From Nemertoderma westbladi (Eukaryota > Animalia > Xenacoelomorpha), in the NCBI GenBank assembly GCA_032718475.1, contig JAUCBJ010000075.1, forward strand, positions 1-64,000: DNA of 64,000 bases, written 5' to 3'. The translations under genes were made by a program, and so were the position numbers. Numbering within the stretch: the stretch's first letter is position 1; each line of letters opens with the position of its first letter. Of the stretch, positions 23,701 through 35,870 are shown piece by piece. The notes beneath the pieces are model-generated. The model was given only the letters and a program-made list of their open reading frames with translations. It searched no databases and was not told where the DNA came from.

Positions 23701-25334
23701 ATCTGCTATATGAGTTTATCAATATTATAATGAGTTTATATTTAGGCTAGCGGGCGTCGCTGCCTACCCCTCTCGGCCCCCGGACAGCGCAAGATCCTCA
23801 GCGCTGGTGTACTTTCGCCGATGTGCCTATCGCCAACGTCGTAGCTGCACAACGACCACAACAACCAGCACGAGTCACTCCACCATCCGTCCCAAAGGCT
23901 TAGATATACTTCAGGTTCTTACTGGAGAGTTAGGGCTACTTTCACAATTGCGACTCGCTACTGTAAACACACTTTAGTAGTAACATTCACCCATAAACGC
24001 ACAAATTCCACACAACTGTCACAAACCGCACATATTCGGGCCATTTGTCCTTTAGTCAGTGCCTTCCAGAATGCCATGTTATTATTGGGTATCCTGGGAT
24101 ACTAGCAATGTGCTATTTTATTCCTTATGCTATTTAATGGGGCAAGCTTTCTATTGTTCTTTTAACTCACTTCTAATTCTAGCGTGGTTGTTGCCATGGT
24201 GACATTATGGAAAGCTAGCGGTAGAATTAGGGTAATTCTCATGCATACAGATCTGGGATGCTATTTAATAGTAATTCTTTAATTGTCAATATTCCTCTTT
24301 ATACATGATTTTATGAATTTTATCAGCTATTGACTATATATTGGAGATTCTCGCACACTAATATACTTAATAGGGTGAATCTCCGCTCCCATGATCTATT
24401 AATTTATGGAATTTTGGGAATGTTATAAATTGTATAACATGACAATTTATCAAATTCATTAAAATATGAATTTAAATTTATTCCCGTAAATTTTATTATT
24501 TAATATGAAATAGACACAATTTTATTCCAGAACATGTCTGGGGACTAGGATCCTTGATTCTAGGAAATTGGTCCTTTTAAGAATATCGGTAAGTGCTACG
24601 ATATCTTAATAGACTAGAATTTTAAAGGATCTAAAATTTGACAGATTTTGTAAATATTAATAATTAATATTTAGGATGGGCACCAGTTTATTCCAGAACT
24701 TGTCTGGGGACGTTAACCACTGATTCTAGAATTTTGTCTTTCAAGTATATCGGTGGGTGCCGCGATATCTTAATCGACTAGAATTACAGATGGTTAAAGG
24801 GTTTAACAGATTTATTTGCGTTGTACGCTACTGTTAAAGGGACATCACGCTACTATATGTATTATTTAATATACGGTATGAGAGCAATATCGCATGAAGC
24901 AATGTCAGTGAGAAGAGGCAAGTCGTTTCCAAGGTCTACCCAGAGCTTGGTTTAGCCGAGACACGAGGATCTGAATTTTGCATTCCTAATACTCTACTTA
25001 CCAATAATACTTGAATATAGTAGGAGCTTTATTGTACTTTGATAAGTACGGACATTTCATCTTACTGTAGTCACGTATTTATAATATGATACGGACAGTG
25101 AGGAAAGAGAAAAAGAATTATTTCTCGCCGTCGCACTAAATATAATATACAGGTAATTAAGTAATAAACGCTAATATATATTGCACTAATCTACTAAATA
25201 ATCGCTAAAATAACATTCTACTAAATAAAATTAAAGAAAACGATTATAATAAAATTACATAATAATACATACATAAGATAAAATAATAAAAATAAATATA
25301 AAATAATATAGTCACACACCCACTCCGTATGTTG

Positions 25335-28300
25335 TTACGTTATAGAGTCCCTAGATATTTGTTGGATTAGGGAGGTGGTCCTGGGAAGAGTATCTTGCCT
25401 TCCATAGTTTCCGGACAGTTTTCGGTCTCTTTCCAGTAAACATAAACGACCAGCTTGGCGATTGAGTGGTTGTGTTACTTTCTCCGCTCCCTTGGCCTGT
25501 CTAATCTTCGCCGGGGTAAGATGAGGAGGCCATTCATCTTCTTTACTTAGGAAGTCGGGTCCACCTAACCGGTCTGGAGTATCTGTCAGTTCTTGAGGAG
25601 TTGCTCCTCTGGAAGCGATGTCGGCTAGATTAATCGTCTCGGGGCAATGTCTCCATTGATCTACATTGGAGTTAATATCGTCATTATCTGAGGAGTATGG
25701 TGTTCCCTCAGTTGGGTCGTAGTCAACTTCACTGCTCTCCACTTCCCATTCACTTAATTGATATACTTGTTCTTTTGGTAATCTTTCCATAAGAGTTCTA
25801 CGGGAAGGGCCAGTAAAGTACCAACCTACTCTAGTTCTTCCCTCATAGGCTTGTAGTGGTTGCGGTTGAGCAGGCCGTTTCTCCAATGTCTCAAGCGCTT
25901 CATGCGCATTTTGGCCGATGAGTATTTGCACTCCAGGGTAATCTGTGTTGAATCTAGGAATATTAAGCTGCTGGGTGGAATCGTCTTCATCCCAGTTATA
26001 AGGTTCTACTTGGCTGGTAGCGAAGTTCTTTATCGCCACCATTTTTACTGACCTTATACTATGTTCTCCTAGTTCATCCTGGGGGGTGGACAACGCACCT
26101 ACATAATAATCCGCTATTACTGTAGATTTCCAAACCTGCATAATTCCTGACATGTTTAACTTAGTTCGGAACTTGGGTTGTCCAGCAAAGATGTCTTCGG
26201 CTAGTTCTTTGTCGATGAATGTTCCTGTGCTACCGGAGTCAAGGAGGGCATTCACTATATAACTCCTTTTAGGTCCGTGGACCCTTAATTGCACTACAGG
26301 AAATTCACGGATTCCTACATTGGAAGTTGGTGCTTTCCAAGATGGTTGTCGATCAGAAGTAGTTAGGGTGAGCTCGCTGTTTGTGTCTTTTTCATACGTA
26401 AGTGCTCGATACACTGCGGTATTTATCATGTAACAGGATTCATCTTCGTCGGAGAATTCGTCCGTATAGAATCCTTCCATCTCAGAACTTTGGTCAGTGT
26501 CGTTCACATCACTGAATTGGACATGTAGTTCAGACTCACTTACCTGACTCGGGCTGTTTTGATCGAATTCAGTGTGCAACAAGATATGATGTTTTGCGCC
26601 GCACTTTGCACACCTTGCGTCGGAGTAACAGGTTCGCCGTTGGTGTCCTCGTCTGAGGCAATTATAACACAACCACTTATCCCACATGACTTCACGTCTG
26701 TCCTTAAGTGATTTCCTCAGGAATTCATCACACGCACTTAAACGGTGGGGCCCGTCGCACAGCACACATTTTGGTTTGATGTTACTTACCTTACTTTGAG
26801 TAACGTTGTGCACACTCGTTCTTTCTTTGGGCTTTCTTACATGAATTCTCTTAGGAGACGTAGGAGGAGTTTTTCTTACCTGTTCTCTCCTGTCATTGGT
26901 TCGAGACTTGAATTTACTTACGTCCTTAGGCGCTGTGTTGTCATAGTAAGATCTTTCAGTGTCTTTCCCGCTGTCTTCCTCTTGAGAAGCCTGGCTTTCG
27001 CCATCGTCTGTATAACACACTGGTATTACCTTTCTCCTAGAAACGGGTTTCTCACTTACCTTATTTTCCGGTGTCTTCTCTCTGGACTGTTTTAGAAGCT
27101 GTAATTTTACCTCTCCATCTAAGAATGACATGAGATCAGCCATGGCAGGGTCTCTTCGTTGTTGTTCCATCATATATAACACTTTCTTGTCCCAGCGTGT
27201 ACCTACTCCACCCTTGGGCAAAGTAGATGCTAAGGCTCCTACAACCATAGAATTCTGGTATTCATGAGACTTACCTAACCAATCTAGTTGTCTACAGATC
27301 TCTTGAATCTCGTCGGAAAACTCTATAATCCCGCTGCTAAGAAACTTTCGGGGCGCCATTAATTTCGCATATAAATACCTAGCTATGTTAGTCCTATTAC
27401 CATACCTGATGTTTAGTGTATCCCAAACTTGTCTTAATCCATCTGGATGTCCAATAAACTTTAACGCCATTAACTTGGGAGATCCTTCCAAGCACTCGAT
27501 GAGGAATCTAAGCTTTTCTCCATTAGATAACACGGAGTTCTGTATGTTATCTTTGTAATATTCATTAAAAGGTAACCATTTCATCTCATCTCCATTGAAC
27601 TTGACGATCTCTCCCATCTTTACCGCTTGACGGGCTTCGGTTCTAGCCATTTGACGCGTAAAACTTTCTTGGGCCATAGTATTATTTAATATCGAGTTAT
27701 CGGTATATAAATTTCTCGGATTATTATCAAGTCTATATGGAATATCACTGTCAACAGGTTTATAATTACCCTTAATAGGGTTTACTATAGGAGTTTCCAC
27801 TTCGCTAGCAGTATAGATGCGTGTAGGCTCCACACCTTGCGCATGAAATACTTCAGACCTAACAGGTTGACACATTGTTACAGGGGGTGGTGGTATACCC
27901 TTTTGTGTATTTACTAATTTATCGCGTTCTAACGCGATACTTTGCTGCACTTCTTGCAACGCTAACCTACCCTCTCTTACTGCTCCCTTTAACTGCTGAA
28001 CAGTCCCTTCCAACTCCCGGACCTGCTGGGAGGAACATTTACAATGTTCCCTCAGCTGCCCGAGCAGGAGACCCATCTCCCGTCGTCCCTCAGCTACCCA
28101 CTTGACCGCCGAAGAGGGAGTCGCCAACGTAGTAGCGGGCAAGCGAGAGACGACGGGCGATAAATTCTTGATATCTCGCTCGGCGTCCAGGATGGGTTCG
28201 GACTCGGGAACAGTCCTACTGGGCACAGGTAGTTTCGTGCTGTGCAAAGGGAATTTAGAGGTAGGTTCTGGGAGTACAGGTGTCTCTATCACCGAAGGGG

Positions 28301-28808
28301 TGGCTTCGAGAACAGGCCTAATTATTTCAGGCTCATCTACTATAGTAGGGAGTCTTTCTACTGTAATAATTTGGTCTGTGGGTTCTGTACCACAGCGAGT
28401 TCTGTAATACACTGGATAGTCTACACTATCCAGTTGCATTCTCACCTCAGGAGGTAACGTCCGCTTGAGCATCCGTCTACGTCCGCTTGAACGAGATTTA
28501 TTACCTCTACCTTCGGGATCTCTTATATCACCTTCATCGGAGGAGGCAAATCCCTGTCTTCTGGTTTGTTTCTTCAAGTAATCTTGTTTCGCCTGAAGGT
28601 TTTCCAGCTCTAGTTGGGTAGTCGCTTCAGACGCCTTCCGTTCTGCTTCTGCCACTGCCTCTGCCGCTTTTCTTTCCGCTTCTGCCGCTGCTACTTTTCT
28701 TTCCGCTTCTTTTCTGTCTTCTATCCTTTTAAGACACTGTCCAAGTCGAAGACTCATTCTAACACCTTTCAAAAGACTATCTGACAGTGCCCATTTTGTG
28801 TCAGACAT
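25335..28808 (-). CDS. BEL Gag (DUF1759-like, 3 Zn knuckles) plus aspartic protease, with RNase H and integrase remnants fused in frame
   Basis: KFNGDEMKWLPF; CVLCDGPH..C, CYNC..GH..C, CAKC..HH..LH; LLDSGS; then directly DQWRHCP..NLADIASRG and LNRQAGRLCLLE. RT and the integrase core are absent. Confidence 0.92.
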   Translation of the reverse strand: MSDTKWALSDSLLKGVRMSLRLGQCLKRIEDRKEAERKVAAAEAERKAAEAVAEAERKASEATTQLELENLQAKQDYLKKQTRRQGFASSDEGDIRDPEGRGNKSRSSGRRRMLKRTLPPEVRMQLDSVDYPVYYRTRCGTEPTDQIITVERLPTIVDEPEIIRPVLEATPSVIETPVLPEPTSKFPLHSTKLPVPSRTVPESEPILDAERDIKNLSPVVSRLPATTLATPSSAVKWVAEGRREMGLLLGQLREHCKCSSQQVRELEGTVQQLKGAVREGRLALQEVQQSIALERDKLVNTQKGIPPPPVTMCQPVRSEVFHAQGVEPTRIYTASEVETPIVNPIKGNYKPVDSDIPYRLDNNPRNLYTDNSILNNTMAQESFTRQMARTEARQAVKMGEIVKFNGDEMKWLPFNEYYKDNIQNSVLSNGEKLRFLIECLEGSPKLMALKFIGHPDGLRQVWDTLNIRYGNRTNIARYLYAKLMAPRKFLSSGIIEFSDEIQEICRQLDWLGKSHEYQNSMVVGALASTLPKGGVGTRWDKKVLYMMEQQRRDPAMADLMSFLDGEVKLQLLKQSREKTPENKVSEKPVSRRKVIPVCYTDDGESQASQEEDSGKDTERSYYDNTAPKDVSKFKSRTNDRREQVRKTPPTSPKRIHVRKPKERTSVHNVTQSKVSNIKPKCVLCDGPHRLSACDEFLRKSLKDRREVMWDKWLCYNCLRRGHQRRTCYSDARCAKCGAKHHILLHTEFDQNSPSQVSESELHVQFSDVNDTDQSSEMEGFYTDEFSDEDESCYMINTAVYRALTYEKDTNSELTLTTSDRQPSWKAPTSNVGIREFPVVQLRVHGPKRSYIVNALLDSGSTGTFIDKELAEDIFAGQPKFRTKLNMSGIMQVWKSTVIADYYVGALSTPQDELGEHSIRSVKMVAIKNFATSQVEPYNWDEDDSTQQLNIPRFNTDYPGVQILIGQNAHEALETLEKRPAQPQPLQAYEGRTRVGWYFTGPSRRTLMERLPKEQVYQLSEWEVESSEVDYDPTEGTPYSSDNDDINSNVDQWRHCPETINLADIASRGATPQELTDTPDRLGGPDFLSKEDEWPPHLTPAKIRQAKGAEKVTQPLNRQAGRLCLLERDRKLSGNYGRQDTLPRTTSLIQQISRDSIT

Positions 28809-31074
28809 ATTAGATTTGTACAGTTGAATGCCTACTGCTATATTACAGTTAAAGCAAGTCTAGTAATTCAGTATCAACTGTTAGCCTAGTAATTAATTAC
28901 CGATATCGTTACTCTATGTAACGTGATATATATACAATATATTAGAATACCGGTATACACTTACAATATATATAAGTATTATTACAGACTAGGTTTGTCA
29001 CAGAATACCGGTATGTAATTTCAGCACAAATATATATAAATATATAATAGGCCTATCGTGAATACCGGTATACAGCTTACACTTATAGTATATATAAGTA
29101 TAATTATGGACTAGAATTAATTACAGAATACCGGTATAATTTCAGCCTAAATTTATAGAAATAAATATAATAAGTCTATTGTAGATACCGGTATATCAAT
29201 TATTTTAGAATAATTAAATTTCTGAATTTTAGGGGTTACTTGGTTACTTTAACTTACTTTATTACCGTTATTTAAGCAGTACTCCAACTGATATTGAGAC
29301 CTAATTGTTGTATGATAGGCCTACTATTTTATAAATCGGTTTGAGTTGATTTATAATATATATACCCATATAATGGGTTTTGTCAATATTTGAAATAAAT
29401 GTTATTATTTCTGGGAAGGAGTCACTACACAGAAGCTGTGCGCTCTCAGTGAAGTGCTACTTGTTGGACACTAAAACAAATAATTCTAATTTACCTAAGT
29501 TACTTAATACTACAAATTACATACAATTCTGGGTGAGATTATAATCTCTAAATAAACACAAAAATTACACGTACGAATTTTTAGGGTAATTTCACAAGAA
29601 GTCTACAAACCAGCCTAACAAAGGGTTAGATTATCTGGTTATTACAACGGACAGAGTACTACGGTATTTGAAAATAACTAAGCAGTAGTAAATATACTGC
29701 GTTGTCCAGATAGGAAAAATACCACCGTCTGACGACTTATAGCCGTATCGCTATAAGTACTACGTTATGTATCACGGAGTGTTCCTACCTAGAAGTTAAA
29801 TACCGCGGTCTACCAGAACCAACGTGCCTATTAACCACTTTACAACACAAATATACTGCCTACACACTAATTACCTTCGGGAAGCACTGTACACTAAACC
29901 CTAAATTAGGTACAAGTACTTATACAACAAATAATCAGTAGTTAAAATACTTGAACAGCTAAAAGAACCACGGTATCTGCTGGAGTGACCGGGGCACAAA
30001 ATCACCAGTCTTTACCTACGCCAAGCAGCCCTGATGTAGTACCGGGGTTAATTTAACTATAACGGTATATATAACAAGCACAATTTCTGTAGGAATAAAC
30101 TTGGGGGTATGAATGTTGCGAATAATCGCATAAACTCTGAATAATAAATATTACGCTACCCGTACAAACTACCGGTACTCAAACAAAATACAAACCAAAC
30201 GCTGGCAGACTACTATCAAGCCTAAATAAACTACAGTATGTGCAGACTCCGAAATGGTTAGTTAGTACGCGTTCTAACCGAGTAGTACGACTTATTCTTT
30301 CGGGGGGGGGGGGGGGGGGGGGATTTACCTTACAGTACTGGATGCCCCTACTTTCCTAACCGGCACTTTATCGGACATACACTCCACACACACTACAATC
30401 TCTTCAGACCTAACAACAGCCAGACAACAATCTAACCTATAAATTATCTGAATAAGAAATATTACGGTACCTGTACAGACTACACAAACAAAATACAGAC
30501 TAAACGCTGGCAGACTACTATCAAGCCTAAATAAATTACAGTACATGCAGACTCCGAAATGGTTAGTTAGTATGCGTTCTAACCTAGTAGTACGACTTAT
30601 TCTTTCGGGGGGGGATTTACCTTACAGTACTGGATGACCCTACTTTCCTAACCGGCACTTTATCGGACATACACTCTACATGCACTGCAATCCGTTCAGA
30701 CCTATCAACAGTCAGACAACAGTCCAGCCTACAAATTATCTATACGATCTGAGCAGGCTTACACATCTTCTGCTCAATATTAGCCTACAGATAAATAAAA
30801 CTGACAGAAATAAGTAAACCATACAAAGGAATAAGGGGTGATCAATCCCTAATCCCCTAACAGCCTACAATATACAATATATCACAATCGAAATAATACT
30901 AGTACCTTTACTGCTGTAAGTACCGGTTCCGGTGGTTAGGTAGTTAGGCCTACAGGTTACTGGTCGACCGGTACTTCAGCTTTATTGCTTACTGCAATAA
31001 AGAAGCAATAACTGTTACTGTTCTTACCAGAACAATAGTAAACTGTATTTATTGCCTACACTGCAATCAGAGTT

Positions 31075-31086
31075 CATAACTGTTAT
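31075..31086 (-). promoter_or_regulatory. Non-tRNA primer-binding-site position of A (ATAACAGTTATG)
   Basis: Abuts the 5' LTR, has no TGG, and is complementary to the LTR site at 31800-31811. Confidence 0.75.
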
Positions 31087-32244
31087 TGTTCGCGCTTTTA
31101 GACCTTAGGCAGTTTAACCCGCCTAATTTAGTTGTCTTTTAGTTTGTAAATCGACTTTAGCCTACGACGAGTATTTGATACACTACATTAGCCGAAGCCA
31201 GCCTATGCGCGATCATTCACCCGCTGGATATACCCGGGAGACTGGATTTGGGGGCTCTGACCTTATTGCGGTGTAGGCCTACTGTATTATTCGATTGATC
31301 GTTAATATATAATCTCTGACAATATTATTCACTTTCGGGAAATATTAACAGTTCCTTTAGGACGTGGCGCTCTAAATATATAAACAGAGCTATGACTTAC
31401 ACTAAACACAACGGGATGGCTTATGATTCACGTATAAGGCGCATTCTTTAGGAGATGCTTTGTTATCTGTCCCAATCATGCACACTACCGGTACCGCACA
31501 ATACTGCACACTGATCTGCCGACCTTTACTAATTTTAGTCACATATAAAGAGAATAGTAATTGACCCATGTAGTGCCTATGAAATAGCATTAGATTCACT
31601 CCAAAACCAATATCATATAAGTCGCAATTGCTATATGTAACCGGTCTCTTACCTTCAGTATATCAAGAAGATGGGGTTTTATAATTATTTATCGATATTA
31701 TCCAAATATAACGATATTCCATCAACAGATACAATTAATAACCGACAGTAAATAGCAGTAAAATAATGCGGTGTGTATATAATGCAGTTGACAGGCAGGA
31801 TAACAGTTATACGTTCCGGTAATCAAAGCCGTTCTAATGTTTTGGCTAAAGTCTGAAACAGAATAATTCCATAGCCGATGTTCATGGCATCAGGAAAACC
31901 AACACACTGAAACCTGTGGGCTGTTGTAGGCAGCTTTCAACACAAAGAGAAATAGCTCTCATTGGCAGAACTCCAGATTCTATAGGTTCCACGAACGTCT
32001 AAATGCCAAACCTCCCTAGCCTTTGCAGCCCATAGCCAACACAAGGCTAAATCGCTCTGATTGGTCGATCATTGTTCTGATTGGTTAATCGAACAGAACA
32101 AAGAGGCCATACGTACAGCAAATCGGCCAATCAGCCAGCAGAATGCATCACTCGAGCAAGGCAGTTTTAGAGTATTTGAGCGCATTGAGGGAAAACTGGA
32201 TTGCGGAGAAAAAGGGCCAGTTACATCCCGCAAAAGCTTTTACA
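31087..32244 (-). repeat. 5' LTR of element A
   Basis: Direct repeat of 21103-22260; reads TGTAAAAG...CGCGAACA on the minus strand. Confidence 0.95.
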
Positions 32245-32502
32245 GTGTCCTATATCAATGTTTATGTCCCACATTAATGTTTGTGTCCTACATCAATGTT
32301 TATGTCTCAGATTAATGTTTGTCCCCCTGATTAATGTTTGTCCCACATTAATGTTTGTGGCGCTGATAAATATCTGTCCCTCATTTAATGTTTGTGTCCA
32401 AGTTGCTATTAGTTACTCTAGGTTGCCGGACGTTTTGGACAATTTGGTCAGCAACTAGCAACTTAATTTGAGTAACATTAACTTTTAGTCCCCGTTATAT
32501 GA

Positions 32503-33680
32503 TGTAAAGGCTTTTGCGTAATTAGCCGGTTATTTTCCCGGTAAAGTACTCTGTAGTTGGTTTAACAGGCATAAAAAGCCGTGTCCTTACTGTACTGGTG
32601 TTTTAGAGGACATAAAAGTCATTTCTTCTGTATGTGTACTTTAACGGACATAATTCGCAATTTTATGACGCAATGCGCCAAATCCTCTGTAAACAGTGTA
32701 GCTACCATGGCGACGGCTAACAGCTGATGCTGTACACGTGGAGCTTGTTCTTTGTTCTCTGTTCCTTCTTTGTTCGGTCGACCAATCAGAGCGTTTTTTG
32801 CCTCTGTGTTAGAGATTGTATATAGAAACTCGTGGAGTTGAGTCAGTATGTGATTTGTCCACAGCCTAGAACATCGGCTTTGGAACCTCCGTGTTTCAGT
32901 CTTTAGCCCAACATTAGTAGGCTTAATTATAGAACGTATATCCGTTATCTCACTCACATACATATTATCATACCATACCTAACCCAATCGATCATATCAA
33001 TTTATACCTTAACATTTTACTGCTTTTACTGTCGGTTATTCATTATATTTGTTGATGGAATATTATATTTGGAATACTGATGAATAATCAGACACCCCAA
33101 TCTTCTTGATATACTAAAGGTTAGAGAGACCGGTTACATATAACAATTGCAACTTACATTAAGTGGTTTGAAGTGAATCTAATGCTATTTTATAGGCCCT
33201 ACACGTATTGTCTGTTGTTCTCCTTATATGTGACTAAAATTAGTGAAGGTCGGCAGATTGGTGTGCAGCATTGTGCAGTATTGTGTATGATCGTGATTGA
33301 TAACGAAGCATCTCCTAAAGAATGCGCCATATACGTGAATCTATAGCCATCCCGTTGTGTCTAGTTTAAGTCATAACTCTGTTTATATACTTAAAGCGCC
33401 ACGTCCTAAAGGAACTGTTAATATTTCCCGAAAGTGAATAATATTTGTCAGAGATTATATATATTACGATCAGTTGAATAATACAGTAGGCCTACCCCGC
33501 AATACGGTTAGGCTTCCGAATCCAGTCTCCCAGGTATATCCAGCGGGTGAATGATCGCGCATAGACTGGTTTCGGCTAATGTAGTGTATCAAATACTTGT
33601 CATAGGCTAAAGACTATCTATCATCTCAAAGACATCCCAATTTGGCAGGTTAAACTGCTAAAGGTCTGAAAGCGCGAACA
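32503..33680 (+). repeat. 5' LTR of element B (1178 bp)
   Basis: TGTAAAGG...CGCGAACA; direct repeat of 47184-48274. Confidence 0.95.
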
Positions 33681-33692
33681 ATAACGGATATA
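33681..33692 (+). promoter_or_regulatory. Non-tRNA primer-binding-site position of B (ATAACGGATATA)
   Basis: Abuts the 5' LTR and is the exact reverse complement of TATATCCGTTAT at 32937-32948. Confidence 0.8.
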
Positions 33693-33961
33693 GCTTCTGT
33701 ATTGCAGTAGGCAATAAAGCTGAAGTACCGGTTAACCGGTACCTAGTAGGCCTGACTACCTAACCACCCGGACCGGTACTTACAGCAGTACAGGTACAGC
33801 AGTATTATTCGATTGTGAAATTGTATACCGGTAGGCTGTTTAAGAGATTAGGGACTGTACACCCCTTGTTTCTTTTGGAGCTTACTTATTTCTGTCAGTT
33901 TTATTTATTTGTAGGCCAGTATTGAGCAGAAGGCGTGTAAGCCTGCTCAGATTGTACAGAC

Positions 33962-34520
33962 AATTTGTAGGCTAGACTGTTGTCTGACTGTTGTTAAGTC
34001 TGAAGGGACTGTAGTGTGTGTAGAGCATATGTCCGAAAAAGTACTAGTTAGGAAAGTAGGGGCTGCCAGTGCTGTGAGGTGAACCCCCTCGAAAGAATAA
34101 GTCGTACTACTCGGTTAGAACGCATACTAACTAACCATTTCTGAGTCTGCATTATATTGTAGTTTATTTAGGCTTGATAGTAGTCTGCCAGCGTTTGGTC
34201 TGTACCTTGTTTGTGTAGTCTGTACGGGTAGCGTAATATTTCTTACTTAGATAATTTGTAGGCTGGATTTTGTCTGGCTGTTGTTAGGTCTTGAGAGATT
34301 TCGGTGTGTGTAGAGTGTATGTCCGATAAAGTGCCAGTTGGGAACGTAGGGGCTTCCAGAGCTGTGAGGTAAACCCCCTCGAAAGAATAAGTCGTACTAC
34401 TCGGTTAGAACGCATACTAACTAACCATTTCGGAGTCTGCATATATCGTAGTTTGTTTAGGCTTGATAGTAGTCTGTCAGTATTTGGTCTGCATTTTGTT
34501 TGAGTAGTCTGTATGCGTAA
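33962..34520 (+). repeat. ~291-bp tandem duplication in the 5' leader (also in A at ~30190-30740)
   Basis: AATTTGTAGGCT...GAAAGAATAAGTCGTACTACTCGGTTAGAACGCATACTAACTAACC occurs twice, with units starting at 33962 and 34253. Confidence 0.85.
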
Positions 34521-35870
34521 TATTTATTATTCAGAGTTTATGCGATTATTCGCAACATTCATTCCCCAAGTTTATTCCTACAGTAATTGTGCTTGTTATA
34601 TATACCGTTACAGTTAAACTAACCCCGGTACTACATCAGGGCTGCTTGGCGTAGGTAAAGACTGGAGATTTTATGCTTTGGTCACTCCGGCAGATACCGT
34701 GGTTCTTTTAGCTGTACAAGTATTTCTAACTGCTAGTTATTTGTTGTATAAGTACTTGTACCTAATTTAGGGTTTAGTGTACAGTGCTTTCCGAAAGTAA
34801 TTAGTGTGTAGCCAGTATATTTGTGTTGTAAAGTGGTTAATAGGCACATTGGTTCTGGTAGACCGCGGTAATTAACTTCTAGGTAGGAACACTCCGTGAT
34901 ACATAACGTAGTACTTATAGCGATACGGCTATAAGTCGTCAGACAGTGGTATTTTTCTATCTGGACAACGCAGTATATTTACTACTACTTATTATTTTCA
35001 AATACCGTAGTAACCTGTCCGTTGTAATAACCAGATATTCTAACCCTTTGTTAGGCTGGTTAGTAGACTTCTTGTAAAATTACCCTAAAAATTCGTACTT
35101 GCAATTTTTGTGTTTATTTAGAGATTGTAATCTCACCCCGAATTGTACGTAATTTGTAGTATTAAGTAACTTAGGTAAATTAGAATTATTTGTTTTAGTG
35201 TCCAACAAGTAGCACTCCACTGAGAGCGCACAGCTTCTGTGTAGTGACTCCCCCCAGAAATAATAACATTTATTTCAAATATTGACAAAAACCCATTATA
35301 ACGGGTATATATATTATAAATCAACTCAAACGATTTATAAATAGTAGGCCTGCCATACATCAATTGTCTCAATATCAGTTGGACTACTGCTTAAATAACG
35401 GTAATCAAATAAAGCAAAGTAACCAAGTAACCCCTAAAATTTCAGAAATTCAATTATTCCAAAATAATTGACATGCCGGTATTCACGATAGGCTTATTAT
35501 ATTTATTTCTATAAATTTAGGCTGAAATCATACCGGTATTCTGTAATTAATTCTAGTTAATAATTATACTTATATATACTATAGGTGCAAGCTGCATACC
35601 GGTATTCACGATAGGCCTATTATATATTTATATATACTTGTGCTGAAATTACATACCGGTATTCTGTGACAAATCTAGTCTGTAATAATACATAAGTAAT
35701 AATAATAAATAAAAATAACAATAATAAAGTCTGTTCTAATATATTATATATATATCACGCTACACTGAGTAGCAGTATCGGTAATTAATTACTAGGCTAA
35801 CCGTGATACTGAATTACTAGACTTGCTTTAACTGTAATATAGCAGTAGGCATTCAACTGTACAAACAAAC

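Larger units (their letters stand above)
21103..32244 (-). mobile_element. BEL/Pao LTR retrotransposon A (non-autonomous, Gag-protease only)
   Basis: Two 1158-bp LTRs (TG...CA), TSD GTGTC at 21098-21102 and 32245-32249, internal homology to element B. Confidence 0.95.

Noticed and set aside
30302-30322. Long poly-G/C runs (also 19891, 19935, 55318, 63803) as functional G-quadruplexes
   Set aside because: Length is not conserved in the duplicate or in element B; likely slippage or homopolymer error.
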